A DNA stretch of 32,000 nucleotides from Promethearchaeota archaeon. Its GTDB lineage: Archaea > Asgardarchaeota > Lokiarchaeia > Sigyniarchaeales > SOKP01. Of this stretch, positions 8,274 to 17,564 are shown piece after piece. Position numbers and translations under genes: made by a program. The notes under the pieces were generated by a model. It searched no databases, was not told the origin of the DNA, and worked only from the letters and a program-made list of their open reading frames with translations. Position 1 is the first letter of the stretch; each line of letters starts with the position of its first letter. The stretch spans positions 630,001-662,000 of the forward strand of contig JAUWGH010000001.1 in assembly GCA_030606485.1 (NCBI GenBank), given 5' to 3'.

Positions 8274-8645
8274 ATGGGAAAAAATAAATATGGAAAAGGT
8301 TTTCAGAAAAAAAGCAAAAAACAAGGACAACCATCAAAAGGGTCAAAAAAACAAGGTGGGGCTTCAATTCGTGGTGGGAAAATAAAAGCAAGTCATATTT
8401 TAGTCGCAAAATTAAGAAAAGCACAAGAGATTTATGAGGATATACAAGTAGGAGAAAAATTTGAAGACCTTGCTAGAAAATACTCTACATGTCCTAGTAA
8501 AAGTAAGGGAGGAAATTTAGGAGAATTCGCCAAGGGGACTATGGTGTCCGCATTTTGGAATGCTTGCACTAAATTAAAAATAGGTGAAATCTCTCAACCT
8601 GTAAAAACTGAGCATGGTTATCATATTATTAAACGCACGGGATAA
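8274..8645 (+). CDS. ppiC: Parvulin-type peptidyl-prolyl cis-trans isomerase with Lys/Gly-rich N-terminal extension
   Basis: ASHILV, FEDLARKYSTCPSKSKGGNLGEF, GTMVSAF, PVKTEHGYHIIK; first ~35 aa are K/G/Q/S-rich. Confidence 0.92.
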   Translation: MGKNKYGKGFQKKSKKQGQPSKGSKKQGGASIRGGKIKASHILVAKLRKAQEIYEDIQVGEKFEDLARKYSTCPSKSKGGNLGEFAKGTMVSAFWNACTKLKIGEISQPVKTEHGYHIIKRTG

Positions 8646-8702
8646 TAATTCAGTGGTTATTATATGAAAAAATTAGAACTTATTTAAAAATTAAAATTGT
8701 CC

Positions 8703-8714
8703 TTTCTTTTTTTT
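8703..8714 (+). terminator. Possible archaeal oligo-T terminator for the parvulin gene
   Basis: TTTCTTTTTTTT about 60 nt after the stop, in a convergent intergenic region. T-tracts are common at this AT content, so this is weak. Confidence 0.3.
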
Positions 8715-8732
8715 GGTTATATCTTCTCTAAA

Positions 8733-10160
8733 TTAGAATAAATCAACTAGAGTCTGGATTGCCTCCAAAACTTTCTTTCCTTTGGGAGTGATGTTATAAT
8801 ATATTCTTTTTTCTTGTTTTTTTTCTCTAGCGATAAGATCTCTTATTTCAAGTTCAGATAGATGCTGATAAACTGCAGGAAGTGAGATATCTCCTAAATT
8901 TTTTTGTATTTGAGTTCCATACATTGAATCAAGTTCAATTAATTGTAAAATTTTAAGTTTTGTACTTAGAAGAGCACCAATGCCAACTGTTTTTGATTTA
9001 TGAGTCAATGCTTGCAATACATATGGAGCCTTCAAACCACTTCCAGTAATAAGACAACAAATTTTTTCATTTTTATCTATTATATTTTGGTCTTTCAATT
9101 GTTCAACGGAGGCAACGGTCAATGCAGAGGCAGGTTCAGCAAAGATTCCTTCAGATCTTGCTAATTTTCTTTCAGCTGTCAAAATTAGATTCTCATTTAT
9201 CGTAATCGCTTCTCCATTTGATGCTTTTATTATTTTTGCTGCTAAATCTTTATATCTAGGATTTTTTACTAAAATACCTAGAGTATGTGTAACTTTAAGA
9301 CTTGATTCGACATGTTTTTTCAAACTATATTTATCAACTATTGGTGACCATCCTTCAACTTGTGCGCCAACCATTTTAGGCAATTCATTGATTACTCCCA
9401 ATTCTTTTAATTCATTCAATCCTTTCCAGATACTTATCAAACATCCTCCGCTCCCCATAGGGACAATCAACCAATCAGGAACACCAATATCACCAATGAT
9501 TTCATATCCAATAGTTTTTTGAGCTTCAATTGTTAAAGGATTAAGTTCTGCTGTAGCCTGATAAAAATTTACCTCCTTAGATTTTTTTTCTGCATAAATT
9601 ATTGATTCATCAACTGTATCTCCCTTAATTTCAACAACTGAATCATATGCATACATCTGAGCCCTTTTTCCTTCGTCTATTCTTTTTGGAATGATATTTA
9701 AGCATTCTATTCCCGCATATGAGGAATAAGCTGCTATGGATGCACCTTGATTTCCCGCAGATGCACATATTATTTTTTCATAGTTTTGGCTTTTTGCATG
9801 AGAAACCAATAGAGCACCCGCTCTATCTTTAAAGGAATTTGTTGGATTTTGTGTTTCATCTTTCAAAAATAAATTATTTAATCCTAAAGCTTTCCCAAGA
9901 TTTTTAGATTTTATGCAATTAGTTCCACCTTCTCCGAGAGAGATTCGGAATTTTTTTTCAATTGGTGGAAAAAATTTATGAAATTTCCAAAAATCTCCTT
10001 TTTCAATCTTTAATTCATTTATATTTATAATTTCAACTTTTTGAGGCTCAATAAATAACAACCCTTCACATTTAGGACATATACACTCAATTTTTTCTGA
10101 TTTTACTTGGTTAGAACATTTTGAACATTTATATTCTAAGATAATTTTAATAAGCCTCAC
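8733..10160 (-). CDS. thrC: Threonine synthase (fold-type II PLP enzyme) fused to a C-terminal winged helix-turn-helix domain
   Basis: N-terminal CSKC/CPKC Zn ribbon, SLGEGGT, PLP lysine motif NPTNSFKDR, SAGNQG, PMGSGG, EPASA, ITGSGLK. C-terminal ~78 aa KLKILQLI...MYGTQIQKNLGDISLPAVYQHLSELE...RIYYNITPKGKKVL is ArsR/PadR-like. GTG start. Confidence 0.88.
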   Translation of the reverse strand: MRLIKIILEYKCSKCSNQVKSEKIECICPKCEGLLFIEPQKVEIININELKIEKGDFWKFHKFFPPIEKKFRISLGEGGTNCIKSKNLGKALGLNNLFLKDETQNPTNSFKDRAGALLVSHAKSQNYEKIICASAGNQGASIAAYSSYAGIECLNIIPKRIDEGKRAQMYAYDSVVEIKGDTVDESIIYAEKKSKEVNFYQATAELNPLTIEAQKTIGYEIIGDIGVPDWLIVPMGSGGCLISIWKGLNELKELGVINELPKMVGAQVEGWSPIVDKYSLKKHVESSLKVTHTLGILVKNPRYKDLAAKIIKASNGEAITINENLILTAERKLARSEGIFAEPASALTVASVEQLKDQNIIDKNEKICCLITGSGLKAPYVLQALTHKSKTVGIGALLSTKLKILQLIELDSMYGTQIQKNLGDISLPAVYQHLSELEIRDLIAREKKQEKRIYYNITPKGKKVLEAIQTLVDLF

Positions 10161-10292
10161 TCATTTTTTAATGAAATTTTTTTAATATAAATTGTTTAAA
10201 TAGTAAATTTTAAGAGCACTAACTTCTCCCATCTTTTTACTAACACTTATTAAAAGATCTCATCTACATATATTTTTTATTTAAATTTTGAT

Positions 10293-10865
10293 TTAAATTA
10301 AACCAGCATTCTTCATAATTATACGAGCTATAAAAGTGAATATTTGTTCTACTCTTTCACCTGTTTTAGAAGAACATTCGATTGGTCCATATAAGTTGCG
10401 AGCACTTGATATTTTTCTCACATCTTCTAAGTAAACTGCTCGTTTTTGCTCAAGATCTAACTTTCCTCCAATCAGAAGTATGGGGGGGTTTTTTTCATTA
10501 TCAATAGAACCTTGGTAAAATACATCTAACCATTCATCTATATTATTTAGACTATTAACATTTGTAATATCATACATAAATATACCAGCAGAAGCCCCTA
10601 CTGCATAACCAGGCAAAATAAATCTGAATCGTTCCTCGCCAGCGAAGTCCCATATCTGAAGTAAAATTTTCTTACCTTCTATATCTAGATCTTTTATAGC
10701 AATATCAAGCCCAATAGTCCTTTTAGTATCTACTTCAAACATACCACTTAGGTATCTTTGGACTAAAGTAGTTTTCCCAACACCACCATTTCCAAATATA
10801 CATAATTTGTAGGTCGCGTCTCTTTTTATCTTAAAGACCTTATTTTTTTCCAAAGTTTTTTGCAT
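10293..10865 (-). CDS. Rab/Ras-like small GTPase (Asgard type, no C-terminal prenylation motif)
   Basis: G1 GNGGVGKT, G2 RTIG, G3 WDFAGEE, RabF-like RFRFI, G4 GGKLD, G5 CSSK; ends MKNAGLI without a Cys. Confidence 0.92.
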   Translation of the reverse strand: MQKTLEKNKVFKIKRDATYKLCIFGNGGVGKTTLVQRYLSGMFEVDTKRTIGLDIAIKDLDIEGKKILLQIWDFAGEERFRFILPGYAVGASAGIFMYDITNVNSLNNIDEWLDVFYQGSIDNEKNPPILLIGGKLDLEQKRAVYLEDVRKISSARNLYGPIECSSKTGERVEQIFTFIARIIMKNAGLI

Positions 10866-10921
10866 ATAAGATGTTTATAATTATTTTTAACTTTATTTTA
10901 TCGATAAGATTTTCAATTTAT

Positions 10922-13900
10922 TCAGAAAGATTCTGGAAAGAATTCACAAGGTTTTAAAATCTCCAGCTTTCTTAAATTTATAACTGCCTGTGCTATTTCA
11001 AGCTCATTTTTCTTATGATAAAGTATAACTTTTTTAATTATTTTATCTAGATAGACCCTTCCTTGAAATTCAATAGATTTAATATAATCTATAATAATTT
11101 TTTCCCATTTATCTAAAATATATTCTTTAGATTTTTCCCAATCAATTTCGTGAGGTAATATGTGGGATATTTTAAAATATTGTTCGATCAAACCTCCCAG
11201 ATCCTCCTCAGTTAATAAATTTGAAATTGAGTTAACAATTTTTTCCTCAAATTTTTCCTCAATATCAAATGTTAATTCATTTACTAAGGTTTTAATCCGT
11301 TCGGAGGGTGATTCTTTTAATAATAATGCTGTTCGTATAATTTTACTTACTTTTATAATAACGATATAATTTTGAAATGATATTATATCAAGCTTTATTT
11401 TCTCTTTTAATTCAGGTTCAATTTTTATGTTCTTTTTAAATTTATGTGAATCCATCACTGCACTTCCAAATGAACTAATAGCTTGTAGAAACCCACTAAT
11501 TAGAGTGGGATTAATTGGAATTTGGGTTAACATTTTTGAATATAAATCTACTCCACTTTTTTTTTCTATAATAAGTAATAATATCATATTATTTGCATCA
11601 TCAAATTCATTAATTATCTCCAAATATTTAGCTTCTCTTTCCCGAAATCTTGGATTTAAAACCACTTTTTTCACAACGATAAAAGATGAAACTGTTATAA
11701 TCACAACAATTCCTAAGGAAATTAATAAAACAGTTAAATTTCTACTAAAAATGGTTGTTGGTGATATAATTTCTATCGAGACGGGTGAGACAGAAATACC
11801 ATTTATCGTATTCGATCCTACAAAAGTTATATTAATTTTATAGTCCCCTTCAATTGGAAGTTTTATTATCGTAGTAGCGATCCCTTCATCATCTGTAAAT
11901 GCAGTCACTACGGAAGTGCCTATTTGAAATATAAGTTCAAGATTTGCAGCAGCTGATTCATTATTTATATAAATCGCTTTAGCAATTAATTCAATATTTG
12001 ATTCACCAACTAATATTTTTGAAAATTCTGTATTAAGCAAGGTTATATTGATTTCATTTTTCGGTAGGATTGAAATGTTAGTTAAAAGAAAATTAGTATT
12101 AATATCTAAAGCCTCACTATAAGAAGCATTTATTGTAATTTTTCTTTCATTAATTGGTGCGTAAATATTAATGTAAACTAGACCAAATCCATTAGTATAT
12201 TTTGCATATACTTCTTCTATAGAAGAGTTCCAGTAATAAATTCTAAAATTTATTGTGGCATCTCGTAAAGGTTCATTAATTTCAGCTAAAGAAAAATTAT
12301 ATTGTACAGAAAAAGAATTTCCTTCAATTATGTTCTGGGGTAAAGAAGTTATTGTGATTAATACATTTTTTTTCGAAATAACTTCTATGTTTTCGGTGAT
12401 AATGGAAGTGTCATAGTTAGTTTTTATACCTTTTATTTGTAAAGTATAATTCCCTCCAATTAAAGTCCTTATATCAATTTCTTCTCTATAAACTCCATAG
12501 AACACAAAATCTAATTGTCCTAGAAATTCAGGTCTTTCAAGAATTTGCCATGTAACATATGCATTATCAATGCCACTATCATGGAAAAGATCCTTAAAAA
12601 ATAATGAAAGAGATAGTTTGGAACCCTCATATATTGGGGTAATTTCATCTAATATAAGTTCTGTTCGGAGACTTTTAACTAGTGTAGAGACATTAAAAAA
12701 GATAGGTTTGTAAGTTTGGATTGAAATTTTTATAGACATATTTAGGTTTAAATATTCATTAATGACCCCTATATTTGTAGTATCCAAAAAAATCTCATAA
12801 TACCCTCGGTCTTCGTAATTTCCAGTCGTTTTATATATTTCTGTCCAAAACAATGAATTATCTAATAATTTCGCTTCAATAAACGCATCCACTAACGGAT
12901 TTAAACTTTTATTATCACAAATATATAATTTAATAAATTTTGTATTATCATCCACGTAAGGCGTATTATTTTCATAAATTAACCAAGTATTATATGTCTC
13001 ATTGAAATACGATCCTTCCACTATTGAAAAATTAGCAGTCATTCCGGTAATGTTTATTTGACTAAAATAATATTTGTCTGGAAAGTTAGGTCGAATAAAT
13101 ATTATACTGAGGTTATAAATTCCTACATCGATACCAATAGTACCAACGGTAAGTATATATGTTCCATTATTTTTGTTATTTATCAGATATTTTTTGCTTG
13201 ATGAAAAATCTAATCCCCATTCATGTTTAGTATCATTGTTATAAATAAATGCTTTTGCATCCTTTATTGGATCACCTGTAATAGAAGTATTATAATAAAT
13301 ATTCATATTTGTTTCTTCACCAGAAAGTAATTCTGTCTCCAGATCTTGAACTATATTAAGTTGACTTTCCCATAAAGGATAAATATATATATCATCCAAT
13401 TTAGCAGTCCAATTCATAACATCCTTCGTATCATCAGCTGTAATGTTAAATTTGAAAGAAATTTCATAATCCTGATCTATTAGGGGATCTTTAGATATAT
13501 TTAATCTCAATTCATTCCAAGAATTTGAAGTTTCTAAATTACTCTCATTTCTTATTGAAGAATCATTCAAATAAATTTCTAAATTTAGATTTTTTACTCC
13601 ACTCTTATTTAATACTATATAGCTTAAAACTAATTGATACTCAGTTCTTGAATTATTTTTGAGAAATGTTTGATTTAATGCAGTCCATCCATCTAAAAGC
13701 GTTATAGTCTGATAAGATGAAAAATCAAAAAGTTTATCAGCAAAATTATATTTAGATTGATAATTTCCTCCTGATGTATAATTTTGCCAATAATCATCAG
13801 AATCAAAATTAGAATTTTTTAACAAATTATTAAGTGGTTTCCTTAAAAAATATGCATCGTCAATGAATGCAATAAATTCTGATTCATTAATAGTGTTTAC

Positions 13901-14878
13901 ACTTAGTTCAATTTCAAAACTTATTATGAAATTCCCACCCATTTTTATAAAATCTGGTATTTCTATTGAGAATTTAGTTGAAGGTAATGTTGAGGTAATT
14001 TGATAAGACCAAATATTGGAATTATTAATTTTAACGGATAAGGTCGTATCATCAATACCTTCAAACGCAGATACATTTGTTGTAAAATTTAAGAAATATG
14101 TTAGGTTATATAAATTCTCAATTGATACGGATTGATTAACATAGGCTTCCTGTGTAAAGATTTTTGGTATAGTAACGTTTGAATATGCGGCAACTAAATC
14201 TAAATATACCCTATCAGCTGGAGATCCGAAACTAAATAAAATATTAAAAGAATTTTGAGGGGAACTAAGTCCACTAAGAGTTATATTAAACTCGGTATTT
14301 GGTATACCTGAATAATTTCCCTGTCCGTAACCTCCAATAGGAGTTTCAGACTCATAATCATAAACTGTAATATTCGAAGTATTTCCACTTGTTATATTAA
14401 GAGTTATTTTATCTCCGTTAATTAAATTATCAGAAAAAATAATATCTAAATGTTGGCTCTTGATTTGTTTAGTAATTGTATCATTATATAAAAGCTCTAT
14501 AGTAACATTCTCAGCACTATCATAAAAGGCACTCTGTATTTGAGAATATTTTATGTACTTTTCCGAAGAAGCATTACTAAAGTGGGAAATGTTTGCACAA
14601 TAATCTATAGAATCCCATTTAGAGGTTATATTAGTACTACTTGTGAAATTCCAAGGAATACCTGTATCAAAGTGATAATCTAGAAAGAGGTTCTCAATAT
14701 CAAAAGGTGATTCTCCAAGAGAACTTAGTGGATTATTTAATGGTTGGTCTGAATGTTGATGATTAGTGTCATTTTTTAACTTAATCAAATTTCCAGATAA
14801 AGTCAATAATAGTAAAGAACTAAAGAAAAACCATAGAGTAAATAAAAAAAAAATTCGCTTATTCATATAACCTCTCAC
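10922..14878 (-). CDS. Large single-pass surface protein: N-terminal signal/TM, beta-rich glycosylated-type ectodomain (jelly-roll and Ig-like repeats), TM, cytoplasmic longin-like domain and helical C-terminus
   Basis: Hydrophobic N-terminus; many N-x-S/T sequons; TM NLTVLLISLGIVVIITVSSFIVV followed by KK; cytoplasmic ILLLIIEKKSGVDLY...LISGFLQAISSFG. Start is GTG 14878 or ATG 14866. Confidence 0.8.
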   Translation of the reverse strand: MRGYMNKRIFFLFTLWFFFSSLLLLTLSGNLIKLKNDTNHQHSDQPLNNPLSSLGESPFDIENLFLDYHFDTGIPWNFTSSTNITSKWDSIDYCANISHFSNASSEKYIKYSQIQSAFYDSAENVTIELLYNDTITKQIKSQHLDIIFSDNLINGDKITLNITSGNTSNITVYDYESETPIGGYGQGNYSGIPNTEFNITLSGLSSPQNSFNILFSFGSPADRVYLDLVAAYSNVTIPKIFTQEAYVNQSVSIENLYNLTYFLNFTTNVSAFEGIDDTTLSVKINNSNIWSYQITSTLPSTKFSIEIPDFIKMGGNFIISFEIELSVNTINESEFIAFIDDAYFLRKPLNNLLKNSNFDSDDYWQNYTSGGNYQSKYNFADKLFDFSSYQTITLLDGWTALNQTFLKNNSRTEYQLVLSYIVLNKSGVKNLNLEIYLNDSSIRNESNLETSNSWNELRLNISKDPLIDQDYEISFKFNITADDTKDVMNWTAKLDDIYIYPLWESQLNIVQDLETELLSGEETNMNIYYNTSITGDPIKDAKAFIYNNDTKHEWGLDFSSSKKYLINNKNNGTYILTVGTIGIDVGIYNLSIIFIRPNFPDKYYFSQINITGMTANFSIVEGSYFNETYNTWLIYENNTPYVDDNTKFIKLYICDNKSLNPLVDAFIEAKLLDNSLFWTEIYKTTGNYEDRGYYEIFLDTTNIGVINEYLNLNMSIKISIQTYKPIFFNVSTLVKSLRTELILDEITPIYEGSKLSLSLFFKDLFHDSGIDNAYVTWQILERPEFLGQLDFVFYGVYREEIDIRTLIGGNYTLQIKGIKTNYDTSIITENIEVISKKNVLITITSLPQNIIEGNSFSVQYNFSLAEINEPLRDATINFRIYYWNSSIEEVYAKYTNGFGLVYINIYAPINERKITINASYSEALDINTNFLLTNISILPKNEINITLLNTEFSKILVGESNIELIAKAIYINNESAAANLELIFQIGTSVVTAFTDDEGIATTIIKLPIEGDYKINITFVGSNTINGISVSPVSIEIISPTTIFSRNLTVLLISLGIVVIITVSSFIVVKKVVLNPRFREREAKYLEIINEFDDANNMILLLIIEKKSGVDLYSKMLTQIPINPTLISGFLQAISSFGSAVMDSHKFKKNIKIEPELKEKIKLDIISFQNYIVIIKVSKIIRTALLLKESPSERIKTLVNELTFDIEEKFEEKIVNSISNLLTEEDLGGLIEQYFKISHILPHEIDWEKSKEYILDKWEKIIIDYIKSIEFQGRVYLDKIIKKVILYHKKNELEIAQAVINLRKLEILKPCEFFPESF

Positions 14879-15090
14879 TTAAGACCTCTATGGGGGATCA
14901 GTAATTCTTTAAGATCTAATGAAGATAGTAATAATAATTAGATAATTTATAATTTTGTAATTTAACAAAATTTTAAGTAATGTTAAAAATACCTCAATTT
15001 TTCCTTTTAAATTATGATCAAATCAAAAAGAGAAAAAAATTTTTCATTTACACTATAATTTAAGTGTATTTTTTAATTAATTACATTTAT

Positions 15091-16047
15091 ATGAGTCCGC
15101 AAATAATTAGTTTAGGCGAGTTATTAGTTGAAATAATGAGGAAAAAAATAGATGTGCCTCATGGCAAAGTTGGTGCAAATTACAGAGGTCCCTTTCCAAG
15201 TGGCGCACCCGCTATTTTTATCGATTCTGCTACAAGGATGAGTAAGCCTTTTGGTTTTACTACTGGTTTTATTGGAGTTGTTGGAGATGACGAATTTGGC
15301 ACTTGTATTGTTGAAAAATTAAAATTAGATGGTGTTGATACCTCTCAAATTAGAATTGAAAAGGAAAAAACAACCGGAATCGCATTTAATCAATATAATT
15401 CAGATGGTTCGAGAAAATTCATCTTCGCTGCTGGAGCTGCTGAAGAAACGACCCCTAATGATATTAAAGAAGATTATTTTAAAGGGATTAAAAGTTTGCA
15501 CATAATGGGTAGTGCATTATCTATCAGTAAAAAATCTAGAGAAGCCTGTTATCAGGCAATAAAAATTGCACAGAAAAAAAATCCAGATGTTATAATATCA
15601 TTCGATCCAAATTTACGCCCAGAAATGCTGGATATTAAAATTATTTTAAAAATTTGTCAGCCCGTATTAGATTCTTGTAAAATTCTCTTTCCAAGTGGTG
15701 AAGAAGCGGAAATGTTGGCAGGTTTAAAGGGAGAAATAGAGGCTTGCAAAAAATTGTTAACATTGGGTCCCGAAATAGTTGTTTTAAAACAAGGGAGTAA
15801 GGGTTGTACAATTTTTACCAAACAAGAAGAAATATATATTCCAGGATTTAAAGTTGAAGAAATCGATCCAACTGGTGCTGGAGATTCATTTGGAGGTGCA
15901 TTTATTGTAGGTTATTTAGCTGGTTGGGATCTAGAAAAAATTGCAAAATTTTCAAATGCAGTAGGTGCATTGAAAGTGCAACATTTTGGCCCTATGCCAG
16001 AAACTACCTACGAGGAAACCGAAAAATTCGTTTTTGAAAATAAATAA
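15091..16047 (+). CDS. PfkB/ribokinase-family carbohydrate kinase
   Basis: MSPQIISLGE start (ATG 15091 preferred over the track's GTG 15064), SGAPA, GVVGDDEFG, SFDPNLRP, VVLKQGSKG, anion-hole motif DPTGAGDSF. Confidence 0.92.
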   Translation: MSPQIISLGELLVEIMRKKIDVPHGKVGANYRGPFPSGAPAIFIDSATRMSKPFGFTTGFIGVVGDDEFGTCIVEKLKLDGVDTSQIRIEKEKTTGIAFNQYNSDGSRKFIFAAGAAEETTPNDIKEDYFKGIKSLHIMGSALSISKKSREACYQAIKIAQKKNPDVIISFDPNLRPEMLDIKIILKICQPVLDSCKILFPSGEEAEMLAGLKGEIEACKKLLTLGPEIVVLKQGSKGCTIFTKQEEIYIPGFKVEEIDPTGAGDSFGGAFIVGYLAGWDLEKIAKFSNAVGALKVQHFGPMPETTYEETEKFVFENK

Positions 16048-16112
16048 TAAAAAATTAGTAATTAAAATTTATCTATGCTATTTTCTTTAAAGACTCATCA
16101 ATTGCAATTTTA

Positions 16113-17564
16113 TTATTTTGGACCTTTTTTTATTTTTCTCTTTAATAAAACAACAATTGCAAACGTAGATGCTAAAAGAATCAATATGTTATAACCACTA
16201 ATAACTATATCATTGCCATCGCCATCACCATTGCCATTGCCATTTCCATCACCATTGCCGTTATCTTCACCATCGCCATATATTACAAACCACCAATCCC
16301 GATTACCATCAACATCACCATCATCCTGTGGTTTTGGACAAGAACTTCGAGCCCAATTGCCACTGCTTATAATTAATGTGTCATTATCGATAATACAATA
16401 TTTGCAATGTTGAAAAGTAAAATCTTCTGAAGCCCATAAGCCTAGTGCAGTATTATTTTTACTTGGATCATTCTTATCGGTTATTCCAAGCACCGTTAAA
16501 TTATATAAAGACCATCTATTATATGCCTTTTCATACATATTAACTGTATCATTTTCAAGCAAAAGTCGTACCTTTACGCCATCAGCAATTCTATCAAGCA
16601 TAATTCCTAATAAATAAGGTTGGGATAAAGTATATACACTAAGATCAATTGAATTTTCTGCATCATTGATTAATGAAGCGACTACATCATAACAATTATC
16701 AGGAGCTGCAATACAAGAGACGGTCATTTTTCCTGTGAAAGTTGTTGCTTGAAAGTGATTTGTATAAGTTGATAATTGAATTGAATTTGTCTTAGAATCT
16801 GATGATGCACTGCTGGTTCCTGGACCATTATAATCATCTGCAACGTTCCAATCATGATTGAAAAGAGTAATATAATACCCAGCAACATCTACACTCTCAA
16901 TCAGTATTGCAGCTTCTCTATTGTCCCTTAAACTAGTTGGTGAACCATTAATTGAAGATATTAAAACCTTTTTTCCATCGACAATAATCCCTTTATTATG
17001 TAAATCAAAATATTGTGGTGACGTGGCGTCTATTGTTCTAACTGTTATTCCTGCATTCTCCAATGCATCTGCCGTCCCTATTACTTTTGAATCTGTGGTC
17101 TCTTTAAAAATCACACAACAATTTACTCCACGAGCATTCGCTGCAATAATAGCATCAACTAGATCAGTTAAAGTATCATAAATATACATAAATTCTATGT
17201 AAAGAGATTGTTGAGCACTATCAATTAATTCAATTATTTTTGTTTCAGAATTATCTGGAGATAAAATGGGTGTTATACTCATGGTTTTATTAATAAAATC
17301 TTGCTTTGGAAATGGTCCATAGCTACTTCCATAACGCTCCCAACTTGCCGCTAGGCCTAATCCATCATTTTCTGGTACATATGCATATCCATTGCTCCAA
17401 TCCTCCTCAAAAAGTCCACGGAAATAATTAATAACCTGTTGTCCTGCATTTGATTCTCCATCTTGACTTAATTCAAGTTCGGTACAAGACACAGAAGGAT
17501 TAAAATATATTATTGAAATAAAAAAAAGAAGTAATAATAAAGAAATATAAGATTTCTCTTTCAT
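16113..17564 (-). CDS. Secreted/surface phospholipase D-superfamily enzyme with two HKD motifs and a Loki-CTERM-like C-terminal anchor
   Basis: Signal peptide; HNKGIIVD...SSIN (16977-17000) and HCKYCIID...SSGNW (16386-16409); (G-D/N)n linker; ISGY + TM + KRKIKK. Confidence 0.88.
   Translation of the reverse strand: MKEKSYISLLLLLFFISIIYFNPSVSCTELELSQDGESNAGQQVINYFRGLFEEDWSNGYAYVPENDGLGLAASWERYGSSYGPFPKQDFINKTMSITPILSPDNSETKIIELIDSAQQSLYIEFMYIYDTLTDLVDAIIAANARGVNCCVIFKETTDSKVIGTADALENAGITVRTIDATSPQYFDLHNKGIIVDGKKVLISSINGSPTSLRDNREAAILIESVDVAGYYITLFNHDWNVADDYNGPGTSSASSDSKTNSIQLSTYTNHFQATTFTGKMTVSCIAAPDNCYDVVASLINDAENSIDLSVYTLSQPYLLGIMLDRIADGVKVRLLLENDTVNMYEKAYNRWSLYNLTVLGITDKNDPSKNNTALGLWASEDFTFQHCKYCIIDNDTLIISSGNWARSSCPKPQDDGDVDGNRDWWFVIYGDGEDNGNGDGNGNGNGDGDGNDIVISGYNILILLASTFAIVVLLKRKIKKGPK
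16209..16277 (-). repeat. Degenerate 6-bp coding repeat encoding the linker GDGEDNGNGDGNGNGNGDGDGND
   Basis: Repeated (t/a/g)ccat(c/t) units on the + strand, in frame within the PLD gene just before ISGY. Confidence 0.8.

Noticed and set aside
10182-10232. 16-codon minus-strand ORF MGEVSALKIYYLNNLY upstream of thrC (possible leader peptide)
   Set aside because: No Thr/Ile-codon enrichment or attenuator structure; the length is expected by chance in AT-rich DNA.
16213-16413. + strand ORF MPSPSPLPLPFPSP...
   Set aside because: Antisense read-out of the (G-D/N)n linker of the PLD gene.
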